Origin: a virus
DNA length: 64,000 nucleotides
Strand: one strand, 5' to 3'
IMG/VR virus record: IMGVR_UViG_3300027877_000005
The notes under the pieces were generated by a model. The model was given only the letters and a program-made list of their open reading frames with translations, was not told the DNA's origin and ran no database searches. Below are positions 25,635-36,412 of this stretch, one piece after another. Position 1 is the stretch's first letter; every line of letters starts with the position of its first letter. Both the position numbers and the translations under genes were made by a program.

Positions 25635-28600
25635 TTACATCCTATCATCTGCTCTTATTATTGTAATCATTCCAGATGGTAATGTGGCAGAATAATCATG
25701 CCATAGTAATTCTTCTGAATCTCTTTGCAAAAATCTTCCACTTGATACTGTTCCTACTCCAGAAGTAGAAACAAACATAAATGGGTCAGGGAAATTATTA
25801 GTAAAATCTAGGTGAATAAAAGCACCGCTGAGTACTGTACTAATTGGAGTATATGCATTACTAAGTGGTTCTGTATTGTACATGATTAATCCTCTGTACC
25901 CGCCGGCTACTCCTATAAATCTTCCTAAAATACCACTTGGTACTCCACTAGCTGGGAACATGTCCAATGGGCCTGATATATCAAAAGTTCTAGCATCAAA
26001 TACTGGTGCATTTGGGTAAATTATATCAAAACTCCCATATTCATTTAAGTAACTTCTTCCCAAATGAGAAGAACTGCGGGAAGGAAAACTTCCGTAACCA
26101 CCCCCACTAGGAGGTGCCATGCCACTACCTGTTGTTGTAGTTCCTGTTGGTAAATCATAAATAACAGTAGGGATACCTTTAGCTGTGTCTACCATCATTG
26201 GTGACATACCTTTATAAATTACATCAAATAATCCAGATGCTAAAAGTTCTCCAGAAACTGTAGGACTATGTTTTAATATTAGATATTCAGTTTCTATTCT
26301 TTGTCTTCCACTTTCAAACATTATTGGTATATAATACCAAATTCTACCACTATAATCCGCTGGGTCTCCTTCTTCTATAATTACTTTATCATGGAAAGGT
26401 GCTCCATATGGTGTCTGAGATTGAGATGGGAATAAAACTTTTTTTACAGCCCCACCCCACCCATATCCAACAGTTATAGGTCGTGTAGGGTCAAATCCAG
26501 AAGGTATTATATCTACGTGTGCATATATAGTATCATCAATATCGTCTGTATGAGGATAAACAGTAAATACTTTTCTTTCTTCATTATATCCATAATCAGG
26601 CGGTAATGTTTCAAACTCAGCTTCTATTTTTCCTGGGTCATCTGAACTCACCAGAGCTAGTCTTTTATTTTCACCATCTCCTACTAGCATTCCACCTGGA
26701 TTAGTATCTGAAAATCTAGAACAAATGGTTTCATAACAAACATATCTATTTGGTGTTGCCCATGATGGAATACTTCCTGAAAGTTTAACACGTGGTAAAA
26801 CACTAGTATCCCACACATCATCATATACTCTCATTTCCCCACCACCACCATTAGTATTGAATTTTATATCAAAGAGAGTATCTACTAAGAAAGGTTCATC
26901 CTCTATAGGATAAGGATGTTCTATTACACGACTATGTTGACATACAACTATAAGATGCCCTATTCCGTTACCAGTGTCTGGATTCTCACAAGCAGCAGAA
27001 ATAGATGGAGATGTATAATTATTTCCACCAGAAGTATATGTAGGAACTATAACACTTTCATATTGAGTATTTGAGGGGTCTCCTGGGCCTCCAGATTTAT
27101 ATGTATAAACATGTTCAGATAAAGCTCCAGTATGTATGTTTAAACAAAAGAAATATATATTAAATACATCAGTATTCCCCGGCGTTTCATTTCTAGTTAC
27201 TATTGCAGCAAAAGCATTATTAGGAGTAGCTTTTCCTCCAATTCCTCTAATACTGTATCCACTATTATATATTGGAGTTGCCATATGATTAGTTATAGCT
27301 TCTCCCGTATATGTATCTAGTACACAAACTCCACCTTGAAATTGGGTTTCAGGTGCAAGCTCTACACCATATATATAAAGAAAATATCTTCCAGGGCCTC
27401 CTGAACTAGCACTACCAAATGCACCAGTAGGAGATGCAGATTCATTTTCATTGATTGGGGTTATTTTAAAATCTCCAAACGTTGCTACTTTAGTTTCTCT
27501 ATTCAATCCAACATGCCCCCACCAATATCCTATATGTGAAGTACCTAAGTCGTCATAAGTAAAATCAACTATACCAATTCCAAAATTATTATCATCAATT
27601 CTTGAAAGACCTCCATATGTACATGCTATGCTTGCTTCATATAAAGTTGGGTCATCCCAATGATATTTATTATGTTCATACCAATTAGATAATCCTTGTC
27701 CAGAAGGTAGCCATACTCCACTTGCTAAACGAAAAATGAATTCATCTACATACCAACCATCTCCATCAAGACCTTTTCCATAAGCATGCCCATCTGTTTC
27801 TATGTCATCAAGAAATGCTATCCCGCCCCTTCTTTGAATAGTTGCTGAAAATACTTTATAGCCACTTTGCATTTCTCCTGAAGCTAACATTATAGCCATT
27901 CCATTTGTTGGTGGTGGAACTGCGACATGTACTGTCCTTCCCATAGTACCTGAGTACCATTGAGATATATACCCTATATCACTAACCCAAAAATGTTTCA
28001 TTCCCCCCTTAGGTATATCTCCCCAATCCCATGGTGCAGTCATGTTACCAGAATATGTTGGTGGTTGGTACCATATATCCCTACCATGATATACTGAGAT
28101 TAAGTTTTGCCCATCCCAATTTGTATCCATATCTATAACAGCTATTTCGGCTGGTTTTAAATAACCAGAAGTTGTGATAACAATTTGCTGTGTATAGATA
28201 GGAAGTCTATCTACTGTTATTCCTGTAACCCAAGATAGATTACCAGATGGAGCATAATACTCTCCAGATAAAGTCCATTCTCCAGAACCAGGAATTGTGA
28301 AAGCTGCTGCGACTAATCCATTTATTCCATAATTTCTATTAATAGATGTAGCTTCAGCAATAATACCAGAAACTAAATATTCTGGTTCAGTACCACTAGC
28401 TGGATAATAATTCCAGAATCCTGGTGGTGAATATGGCATCCAAGAACCCAAAGAAGTATGTCTTACATATAATTGACTATCTACAATTGGATTGGGAGAT
28501 ATTCCACTTGCAACCCCACTTGCTGGTGTTATTGTTGTTGATATAGTACTTAGTAGTCCATTATAAGCAGCTAAATCCTTTATATTTAAATCTGTAATTC

Positions 28601-29666
28601 CAGTAGAATAGTTATTCCACGTAGGACTATAGATATATTTTCTCCATACTCCACTCCCCTGTGTTCCTATATATACCCAATCATTCCAGTTTGCATATCC
28701 AAATAATCTTGGGCATCTTTGGTCTAAATTATAAGTAGAAACTAATCCTGCTGATGACATATTTATTGTAATATGTGTTACCATTCCATCTACTGTTAAT
28801 TTATTAGTAATGCCACGAATAAAAGAACCTAGTTCTATTTCAGGATAAGACCCAGCAGCAGATATATTTTTTTCGGGGATAGTTTGAGAAAATTCATTTA
28901 ATATTAATAATGCTAAAGAATAGGCAATACCAAATGTTTTGATAGCTGGATTAGCATAAACTACTGTTCTATAATCATTTCCAGGTCTGTTCCAAGGAGT
29001 CATAGTAGAGGTGTCTGCCCATATCCAAGTTTTAGTTATTGGGTCTCCCGCTCCCCACACTACTGCTCTATTTCTAAGCATCTTATCGCTTTTTGTATAT
29101 CCAATATTTGTAACTTCAGTACCATAAAATGTTTTTACAGGTTCTGTGGCATTTACATTTAGTTTACCAATTTGACATACATTCTCATTATCAAAATAAA
29201 AATACCAACCATTTAATTGCAATAGGTTGATAATAGCATCATAAGCTGATGTAGCTCCAAGTGTTGTATTTTCTGCTAATTGATTTCCTTGACTACTTGT
29301 ATTGAAATTATAATCTACTCCAGCATACCCTAAGAATAATTCTATCCAATATCTACAAGTAGATGGATAATCAATTACAAATTGAGAGTCAATAAAATAA
29401 TCTGTTAATCTTTTTGAATCATCTTGACAAGTTACTGCATATATTGTATCAGGAACTATTTCTTCTATAGATGCAATATTGTATGTATGTACTTTTGTTC
29501 CCTCTTCATATACTTCAATAGTATGCCAAGGATTGAAGCCCCTTGCAGTTACAGCTTCAACGTTCATATCCAGAGTACCAAATCCAGAACAAATATCTTG
29601 CTCTCTACTATATTCTATAACACTACTTGTTATATCCGTTCCATTCCATTTTATCTGTATATTCAT
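25635..29666 (-). CDS. Large tail-tip protein: N-terminal baseplate-hub (Tal-like) domain plus beta-rich extension
   Basis: First ~330 aa align by eye with 29666-30613; YIGTQGSGVW propeller-like start follows. Confidence 0.7.
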   Translation of the reverse strand: MNIQIKWNGTDITSSVIEYSREQDICSGFGTLDMNVEAVTARGFNPWHTIEVYEEGTKVHTYNIASIEEIVPDTIYAVTCQDDSKRLTDYFIDSQFVIDYPSTCRYWIELFLGYAGVDYNFNTSSQGNQLAENTTLGATSAYDAIINLLQLNGWYFYFDNENVCQIGKLNVNATEPVKTFYGTEVTNIGYTKSDKMLRNRAVVWGAGDPITKTWIWADTSTMTPWNRPGNDYRTVVYANPAIKTFGIAYSLALLILNEFSQTIPEKNISAAGSYPEIELGSFIRGITNKLTVDGMVTHITINMSSAGLVSTYNLDQRCPRLFGYANWNDWVYIGTQGSGVWRKYIYSPTWNNYSTGITDLNIKDLAAYNGLLSTISTTITPASGVASGISPNPIVDSQLYVRHTSLGSWMPYSPPGFWNYYPASGTEPEYLVSGIIAEATSINRNYGINGLVAAAFTIPGSGEWTLSGEYYAPSGNLSWVTGITVDRLPIYTQQIVITTSGYLKPAEIAVIDMDTNWDGQNLISVYHGRDIWYQPPTYSGNMTAPWDWGDIPKGGMKHFWVSDIGYISQWYSGTMGRTVHVAVPPPTNGMAIMLASGEMQSGYKVFSATIQRRGGIAFLDDIETDGHAYGKGLDGDGWYVDEFIFRLASGVWLPSGQGLSNWYEHNKYHWDDPTLYEASIACTYGGLSRIDDNNFGIGIVDFTYDDLGTSHIGYWWGHVGLNRETKVATFGDFKITPINENESASPTGAFGSASSGGPGRYFLYIYGVELAPETQFQGGVCVLDTYTGEAITNHMATPIYNSGYSIRGIGGKATPNNAFAAIVTRNETPGNTDVFNIYFFCLNIHTGALSEHVYTYKSGGPGDPSNTQYESVIVPTYTSGGNNYTSPSISAACENPDTGNGIGHLIVVCQHSRVIEHPYPIEDEPFLVDTLFDIKFNTNGGGGEMRVYDDVWDTSVLPRVKLSGSIPSWATPNRYVCYETICSRFSDTNPGGMLVGDGENKRLALVSSDDPGKIEAEFETLPPDYGYNEERKVFTVYPHTDDIDDTIYAHVDIIPSGFDPTRPITVGYGWGGAVKKVLFPSQSQTPYGAPFHDKVIIEEGDPADYSGRIWYYIPIMFESGRQRIETEYLILKHSPTVSGELLASGLFDVIYKGMSPMMVDTAKGIPTVIYDLPTGTTTTGSGMAPPSGGGYGSFPSRSSSHLGRSYLNEYGSFDIIYPNAPVFDARTFDISGPLDMFPASGVPSGILGRFIGVAGGYRGLIMYNTEPLSNAYTPISTVLSGAFIHLDFTNNFPDPFMFVSTSGVGTVSSGRFLQRDSEELLWHDYSATLPSGMITIIRADDRM

Positions 29667-30613
29667 TATTTCCTCAGTTCTAAATTAGTTGTATATCCAC
29701 CCTCTCCCCATCTATGCTCACAAGTATAAATATACCAATTACCTGAAATCCCTGTGTGAGATTCACTAATTGTTATTACTTTTCTAGCATGTAAATCTGG
29801 GTCTCCAACAATTTCTACAGTAATTTCTTCTGTCAATCTGTTCAATTTATCTAGGTTATAGTTACAGGCAGATTGAGCCATGCTCTGGTCATCAATCCAA
29901 GGGCTAGCCACAACAACTGTTTTTCTAAATCCTGTTGGAAGGTAAGGACTTTCAGCTTCAGCTACAGCATAAATCCCATCTGTTCCATAAACAACTATTC
30001 TGTTTCTTAAATCTCTATCTGAACGTCTATGTCCAAGTCTAGTAATTCCAGTAACAGTTTTTATTGGAGAATCTCCACCCATTACGTAAGGTCTTCTGTC
30101 CTCAAAATGAGCTAGACCTGTTTCATCACACCAAATTGAATAAGCTATAATATCAGAAACCGTCTTACACATATCATAAGCTGAAATAAGATTTACTTCT
30201 ACATCTCTAGTAATACCAAAAGTAAAGTAAGAAGTATCATGTGTATAATTTGTAATCTGAGCCATGTTTAACATGGCTTCTACTAAATCTTCCGCAGCTA
30301 TATTTCTAGCTTTATAACAATTATCTGGTGTGTTGGATGCTATGAAAAAATCTATAGCTTTTACCATCTCATCGTTACATGTTATTACATAAGTATTATC
30401 TGGAACTTGTTTCTCTACCTGTTTTACCCATCCTGTAAATATTTGATGAGTATGTCCTTCATACCCAAGAGAAACAGTTACAGAATCCCCCATATCTAGA
30501 GAAGTAGCTACAGCATTGATTACTAAACTAGTGCTTGGTGTATTGTGAGCTTCACTAACTGTAAGAGAAGTTACTTGTGTAGTACCAGTAACAGTTGCAT
30601 CTAATTTACTCAT
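29666..30613 (-). CDS. Baseplate hub / Tal-like protein
   Basis: Position after the Dit-like gene; TCND...DFF, SAYD, SDRDLRNRIVVYG. Confidence 0.7.
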   Translation of the reverse strand: MSKLDATVTGTTQVTSLTVSEAHNTPSTSLVINAVATSLDMGDSVTVSLGYEGHTHQIFTGWVKQVEKQVPDNTYVITCNDEMVKAIDFFIASNTPDNCYKARNIAAEDLVEAMLNMAQITNYTHDTSYFTFGITRDVEVNLISAYDMCKTVSDIIAYSIWCDETGLAHFEDRRPYVMGGDSPIKTVTGITRLGHRRSDRDLRNRIVVYGTDGIYAVAEAESPYLPTGFRKTVVVASPWIDDQSMAQSACNYNLDKLNRLTEEITVEIVGDPDLHARKVITISESHTGISGNWYIYTCEHRWGEGGYTTNLELRK

Positions 30614-30965
30614 CTTTACTCAATTCCAATAAGACTCTAAATACTAAATCTGTGTAACTCATATCCGTTCTAAACGTTTGACCGTATGAACTTGTCCACT
30701 GGGTTGTAAGTTTATCTAAGTAGAAGTTTCCAAGTGATGCTCCATTGAAACTTAAACTGTAAGAAGCACCATCATCAATTAAAGCCTTTAGTGCATTTAC
30801 ATCACCACTTCCTACCACAAGACACTGTACAGCTACAGCATTACTTATATGTCCGAATGTTTGATAAACTGTACCAGCATCAACGGGTTGAAGTTTAGCT
30901 ATGATTTGCTCATCTGCTTCTTTCAAATCTACGACTGTTATTCTTATATTATTATATGTCCACAT
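30606..30965 (-). CDS. Distal tail (Dit-like) protein
   Basis: Directly downstream of the tape measure; 119 aa; assigned by synteny. Confidence 0.55.
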   Translation of the reverse strand: MWTYNNIRITVVDLKEADEQIIAKLQPVDAGTVYQTFGHISNAVAVQCLVVGSGDVNALKALIDDGASYSLSFNGASLGNFYLDKLTTQWTSSYGQTFRTDMSYTDLVFRVLLELSKDE

Positions 30966-30966
30966 A

Positions 30967-33900
30967 TTATGCTATCACACTTTTACTGATTGATGAATTG
31001 GTTGCAGTATTGAATCTAATTAAGTCCTCATATAAATAAGGTTTGATTATTGTTGCCAAAGTTCTACCGTCTACTGTTAATGTCACTCTTTGGTCTACTG
31101 CTAAACTTAATGCAGTAGTAGTTTGACCTTGTGTATTAGTCATTCCTGTTTTTTCTGGAGTAACATTGAATGATGGTAAAAGTCCTATATTGCTTAACCA
31201 TTGAAAGAATTTCTCTAGGGCATTTAATTCTGGTTGAGCTTGGGGAACTGTTGTAGCAGGAGGAACTGGAGTAGCATTTGGAAATACATACCCATTAGCC
31301 CAAGGCCCAGGAGTTAATCCAGGGATTGATTGATTATTATCAGGAAGTAGTGTATAAGGTGCAACAGGTGTAGCATTTGGTGATGTTCCTTGCAACCAGT
31401 TAGTAACAGTAACAGGTAATGGATTACCAGAAGTATAACCAAGTAATTGTCCTGTTGGAGCTGGAGGCCCAAACATAGTATATTGTTGTCCACCAAATTC
31501 AAATCCTTCTCCTGGTGGTAATGCTTGTAAATTTTCAATTTTTGGTATTGCTTCTTGAGCAGCTTGTGCCTCTTGTAATCTTTGTGTTGCACCTGCGGCT
31601 ATTGCTTGTTGTAATAATGCCATTATATCTGCTTCAGATATTCCACCTCTACCTCCAGCCATACCAGCCTGTGTTTGTCTGTGAAGTTCATAAGCTGTAA
31701 CTGGCACATAGAATGTGGCACCAGAAGGAAGATTATACATTCCTTGTAGTCCTTTATCTTCTTCTATATCAATCAAATCTCTCATTAACATTTGCATAAT
31801 TGTTTGGTCTAAGTGAGCTACTGTAGCACTATCTTGTAAGAAATATAATGCATCTGTTTCTTCTGGTTTCCATGTAGGCAATAATGTTTGGATTTGTTTG
31901 ATGAATTGTGGATACATACTTTGTGCTTGTTGGAATTGTTGCATAGTATATTGTTGCCAATCTACTAATCCAGGCATTTGTCCAGTAATACCAGCACCTT
32001 CCAAAGCAGGAGTAAAATACTCTTGAGGTACGTTAGTTCTAAATGGAGTAACTCTGTTTTCCATCATTACTAGCTGGTCATTTTGATTTTTTACCCACAA
32101 GTCAATTTCTGCTTGGGTTAGACCAGAAGCTTTCAAATATTCTCTCCAGAATTGTTCAGCTTGTGTAGCAATTTGTTGATATTGTTGTGGTGTCATTTCT
32201 GGAAGACTAATTGTAGGCATAAACTTTTCTTGTAGTTTTGAATATACACTTCCCTGTTGAACAGCTTGTAACATCTGAGTAAATTCTTGTGGTAATGATG
32301 CTAATCTTGTGGCATAAGCATCTAAATCTTTTTGTTGCGTTTCTGAAGCTACTCCACCAGTTTGTCCTGCTATTTGGTCATTCAAAACTTTTATTTTTGC
32401 TAATATGTCTGATATTTCTGTGTAGTAAGAAACGATAACACCAAGACTTTGTTCATCAAGTTCAGATACAAATTTAATAGCTTCTTGGGTAGACATTGGT
32501 GTAAATCCAGCAGGTGCAGGAGTAATAGTTTTAGCAGTTGGGCCTACTCCTATAGTAACTTCTTGCATCATAAGCATCTGTGCATTTATTAATTGATTTA
32601 CAGTACTTCCAATCTTTTGTGCTAAAGTTTTTGCATTTAGATAATTTTGAATAGACCCTTGAGCATTTAAAGATATTTGTTCCAAAGCTTTGTTCATAAT
32701 ATCAGCAGAAGCAGTTGCGGCTAATCTAGCTATTTCTTCTTGTTGAGGTGTGGAAACAACATTTAGTTCTTCTGTAGCTTTTGCTTGTTCACGTACTAAT
32801 TTATTGTAAGCCTCTAATAACTTTTTTCGTGTCTCTTCATCAAATACTGGTTTACCAGCCCATTCGCCACCTATAGCCAACCCTAGTGCTGTTTCTTCTG
32901 GAGTTACTTGTTTACCCCCTTGAGTAGACCAAGGAAGTTTAGACCAAGTATTCATCATCCAATTAACTGCATTAACTTTAAAGATTTCTAAGCCCCCCAT
33001 AGATTCTCTAGCTTCTCTATTTAATCTTTCTAATGCTTGTTCTGTTGTTTCATCTTCATCTGTTGTACCAGTTCTTGCTTCAGCCATTTTAGCAGCCCAA
33101 ACTGTAACTAAATTATCTTCGAAGGTTAAGAACTTGTCATAAAATCCTGTGGCTATGATTGAACCAATAGTAGCCCACATAGGACTTCCTGTTAATGCTG
33201 CTACAAGTAAACCAGCACCACCACTGATAGCAGCTTTGGTACCTGCACCAGGGCCTCCAGCAGCAAGTTGTGTGGCAGATATTAATAAAGGCCCTAACAT
33301 AGTTCCTAGGGAGAACTTACTAATACCTCTAGTGCTTATTGGAGCATTTCTACCTTCTTCTACAGTAGAATACAGAGGAATGGTTCCCCCAGTCCCAGGA
33401 TAGAGATAGTCTCTGCTTCCACCTCTTCTTCTGGCTAACATGGTAGCAAATGGAGTATTCATTCTATTCCACATGCCCCCAAAGAACTCTCCAACAGTAG
33501 CAGTTCTAGCAAGGTCTGGTGCTTGAGCATATCCAGCATTCACAGCACCTATTCCACTTCTTTGTAATCTTCCTAATAACCAATTAGATAGTGGATACCC
33601 TGCGGTTCCTCTTGACCCAGTTAATGGTTGTCCATTTGCTTGATTTATACCACCAAATGTAGGTGACATAAACATTGAAGCTAATCCTACTGGAATATTC
33701 TTATTTAGTAAAGCTCCACCCTGTTGAGTTCCCAATACTCCTTTTGCTAACATAAATGTAGCAAGAATTGGAGCAGCAACCTTTAGTACACTAGTTAAAT
33801 CTCTAACACCTTTTACTAAAGTAGTTATCATATTTGTAACTGCGGTTAGAAATCCTAGTACTCCACCTTCTTCACCTAAAGTTATAGCTAATTCTGTAAA

Positions 33901-36111
33901 TGCATTGTTTAGTCTAGTTGTTGCAGCATCTAGGGTTCCCATTTCAAGAGCCATAGCTTCAGCAGCATCACCGCTGGCATTTTCTGATACAGTAACTAAA
34001 TTCATAACTACATCTAAGTTTTTAACCAAAGCAGATAATTGAGCACCTCTTCTTGCACCAGCACCTCCAGCTTGTGTTAGCGCACCCATAGCCTTTTCAT
34101 CAAGAATACCAGCTTCACTCATTTGCTTTAGCTGTTTTAGAATTTCCATCAAATCTCTGAAATCACCTGATACTGTCTTTGTGGCAATACCATATTCAGC
34201 AAATGATTGTTGTGCTTTATCTGTCTGCATAGCAGCGATAATACCTCTAATGGCATTACCAAGCTCATCAGCAGATAAGTTAGTTGATTGAGCAAGAGCA
34301 CCAATCAAAGCATTTAGTTCATTATAATTTACACCAGCTTCTTGAGCAGCACTACCAACAATGGTAAATGATGTAGCCATTTGATTTACAGAAACATTGG
34401 CTTTTTTACTTACTGCAACCCATGAATCTAATAATTGAGTTCCCTGTGTTAATCCCATACCTAACTGACTTAAAGAACCAACCAAAGTATCCAGAGCTTG
34501 TTTTTGGTCAATATTAGCTAACTTAGCAAGAACCATAGAATCTTTCAACATTGATTGGGTTACTACAGTTCTTTGCATTTCATCACCAGCAGATGAAGCA
34601 GCAGCCGCAGCTAACGCATATCCTTCTATAACACCTTCTAGACTTGAGCTAGTTTGTGTAGCTATTTGTGCTGATGCTTCAAGAACTGTACTAAATTGAT
34701 TAGTAGAATCACCCAAAACGATTTGAACATCAACCATGTCCAATTGAATTTTCTTCATTTCATCTAGAAGTTCACCTAATTTTCTAATAGGTGTGTAGAT
34801 AGCAGTAATAGCGATAGTCCATTTCAAAACTTCTACCACATCTCTCATTACCGCCGAACCAAAACTTCTAAATCTTTTTTGTGTATCTGCTAGAACATTA
34901 CCATTTCTATCTAAGTGAGCAGTAAAGTTTCTAACTGCCCCCGTAGCATCTGTCATCTGAAATGATACAGTTTGAATACCAGTAGATAATTCAGTAACAT
35001 TTCCTACAGCTCTAGCTGATGTCATGCCTAAACCTTTCATTGTCTTTTCAAGGTTTTTAGCAGCTACATCACTTAATCCAATAGTTCTTAGATTTTCTGC
35101 ACTAACTGTCTGAGGAGTTCTATACATCTCAGGTCGTGTATCATCTGCACCTCCTCCTCTAGTTCTTCCCCCCACAGTCCCAGGAGTAGTTCCAAGAGTT
35201 GCTCCAGCTACGCCTCTATCCGCAGCAACTTCATACATCTGTTCTACATCTTGATTTATTCTATCTACTACAGCTTCATCAATTCTAGTTGTTGCTCTTC
35301 TTACATCAGCACCTCCTCCAGGCATAGGCCCAGAAGGAAGTAAAGGAAAGCGTGAAACTGCACCAGGCATAAGCTGTGGTGGAACATATCCTGTGGGTTG
35401 TAGAATAGGCCCCATAGGAAGTCGTGGTGGAGGTGTATAAGGAGGTAATTGTGGATATCTAGTTGGAGGTGATGGAGGAGGAGGAATATAACCAGTAGGT
35501 TGCCCAGTCCCTCCTGCTATATATCCTGGAGGAAGTTGAGGCATTATTTCTCTAGGAAGCCCTGAAGGTAATTCCATTAGCGACCCTCTTCTTCCATACA
35601 AAGTACGTATAACTCTTGCTCTTACTTCTTCTATATCTTTAGCAAAATCTAAATTTCTCTTCCATATCTGCTCTGTTGCAGCTAAAGTTTCATTAGCTTG
35701 TTCTGCTAATGCTTTTTGTTGAGTAATTATATTTTGCTGTCTTTGTTGCTCACCAACATCCCCCGCTGCAATTGCTTTGTTTAATAATTGAGTAGCTCTT
35801 CCAGTTTTACCAAGAGCAGACATCTTATCCTGCATAGCAATTGTAGCTTGGATTGTTGAGAGAAGTTCAGCAAAAGATTTAGTCAACTGATTTACTGTAG
35901 CTGTCTCAGCCCCCAAACCTCTAAGTTGTTTACTAAAGTCTGCTAATAAAAGTGCAGAATCTCTAATATTATTTAGGTTTACTCCAACAAGTCTGTTAAG
36001 GACTTTTTCAACCTCTTGCAAACTAGAAGTACTTACATCGGAGGTTTTTGCTAAATCTCTTAAGGATTTAATTAATTGTTCAGTTCTTTGAATAACTTCA
36101 TTTCCAGGCAT
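30967..36111 (-). CDS. Tail tape measure protein (1714 aa)
   Basis: Very long Ala/Leu/Gly-rich ORF after the tail chaperones, with a TMP core (ASAQIATQTSSSLEGVIEGY...). Confidence 0.9.
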   Translation of the reverse strand: MPGNEVIQRTEQLIKSLRDLAKTSDVSTSSLQEVEKVLNRLVGVNLNNIRDSALLLADFSKQLRGLGAETATVNQLTKSFAELLSTIQATIAMQDKMSALGKTGRATQLLNKAIAAGDVGEQQRQQNIITQQKALAEQANETLAATEQIWKRNLDFAKDIEEVRARVIRTLYGRRGSLMELPSGLPREIMPQLPPGYIAGGTGQPTGYIPPPPSPPTRYPQLPPYTPPPRLPMGPILQPTGYVPPQLMPGAVSRFPLLPSGPMPGGGADVRRATTRIDEAVVDRINQDVEQMYEVAADRGVAGATLGTTPGTVGGRTRGGGADDTRPEMYRTPQTVSAENLRTIGLSDVAAKNLEKTMKGLGMTSARAVGNVTELSTGIQTVSFQMTDATGAVRNFTAHLDRNGNVLADTQKRFRSFGSAVMRDVVEVLKWTIAITAIYTPIRKLGELLDEMKKIQLDMVDVQIVLGDSTNQFSTVLEASAQIATQTSSSLEGVIEGYALAAAAASSAGDEMQRTVVTQSMLKDSMVLAKLANIDQKQALDTLVGSLSQLGMGLTQGTQLLDSWVAVSKKANVSVNQMATSFTIVGSAAQEAGVNYNELNALIGALAQSTNLSADELGNAIRGIIAAMQTDKAQQSFAEYGIATKTVSGDFRDLMEILKQLKQMSEAGILDEKAMGALTQAGGAGARRGAQLSALVKNLDVVMNLVTVSENASGDAAEAMALEMGTLDAATTRLNNAFTELAITLGEEGGVLGFLTAVTNMITTLVKGVRDLTSVLKVAAPILATFMLAKGVLGTQQGGALLNKNIPVGLASMFMSPTFGGINQANGQPLTGSRGTAGYPLSNWLLGRLQRSGIGAVNAGYAQAPDLARTATVGEFFGGMWNRMNTPFATMLARRRGGSRDYLYPGTGGTIPLYSTVEEGRNAPISTRGISKFSLGTMLGPLLISATQLAAGGPGAGTKAAISGGAGLLVAALTGSPMWATIGSIIATGFYDKFLTFEDNLVTVWAAKMAEARTGTTDEDETTEQALERLNREARESMGGLEIFKVNAVNWMMNTWSKLPWSTQGGKQVTPEETALGLAIGGEWAGKPVFDEETRKKLLEAYNKLVREQAKATEELNVVSTPQQEEIARLAATASADIMNKALEQISLNAQGSIQNYLNAKTLAQKIGSTVNQLINAQMLMMQEVTIGVGPTAKTITPAPAGFTPMSTQEAIKFVSELDEQSLGVIVSYYTEISDILAKIKVLNDQIAGQTGGVASETQQKDLDAYATRLASLPQEFTQMLQAVQQGSVYSKLQEKFMPTISLPEMTPQQYQQIATQAEQFWREYLKASGLTQAEIDLWVKNQNDQLVMMENRVTPFRTNVPQEYFTPALEGAGITGQMPGLVDWQQYTMQQFQQAQSMYPQFIKQIQTLLPTWKPEETDALYFLQDSATVAHLDQTIMQMLMRDLIDIEEDKGLQGMYNLPSGATFYVPVTAYELHRQTQAGMAGGRGGISEADIMALLQQAIAAGATQRLQEAQAAQEAIPKIENLQALPPGEGFEFGGQQYTMFGPPAPTGQLLGYTSGNPLPVTVTNWLQGTSPNATPVAPYTLLPDNNQSIPGLTPGPWANGYVFPNATPVPPATTVPQAQPELNALEKFFQWLSNIGLLPSFNVTPEKTGMTNTQGQTTTALSLAVDQRVTLTVDGRTLATIIKPYLYEDLIRFNTATNSSISKSVIA

Positions 36112-36112
36112 A

Positions 36113-36412
36113 TTATTCTATCTCATCATCCTCAATTTCTAATGAAAATTCGTTTGGATTACCTTTTGTTTTAAATACTTTCTTGAACCATTCATCAATA
36201 TCCCTTTGTGTTCCATACCAAATTATATCATCTGTTGGTCTTTTTTCCTTTGGCAGTTCGCTGAAAGAATCTATCTGTGCTCTCTTTCTTATTACATACG
36301 AAATAGTCCAAGGCAATTCATCTGCGGGCGGCAGACCTTCATGCAACGGTAGTCCGCTAGTCTTTGCGGAAGACCATATAGCTGTTATTCCGTTGCTTCT
36401 GGCGATTTTTTT
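36113..36412 (-). CDS. Tail assembly chaperone GT extension via -1 frameshift
   Basis: The -1 frame is open from the A AAA AAA slippery site (36406-36412) through ORF 36113-36346. Confidence 0.7.
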   Translation of the reverse strand, partial: KKIARSNGITAIWSSAKTSGLPLHEGLPPADELPWTISYVIRKRAQIDSFSELPKEKRPTDDIIWYGTQRDIDEWFKKVFKTKGNPNEFSLEIEDDEIE

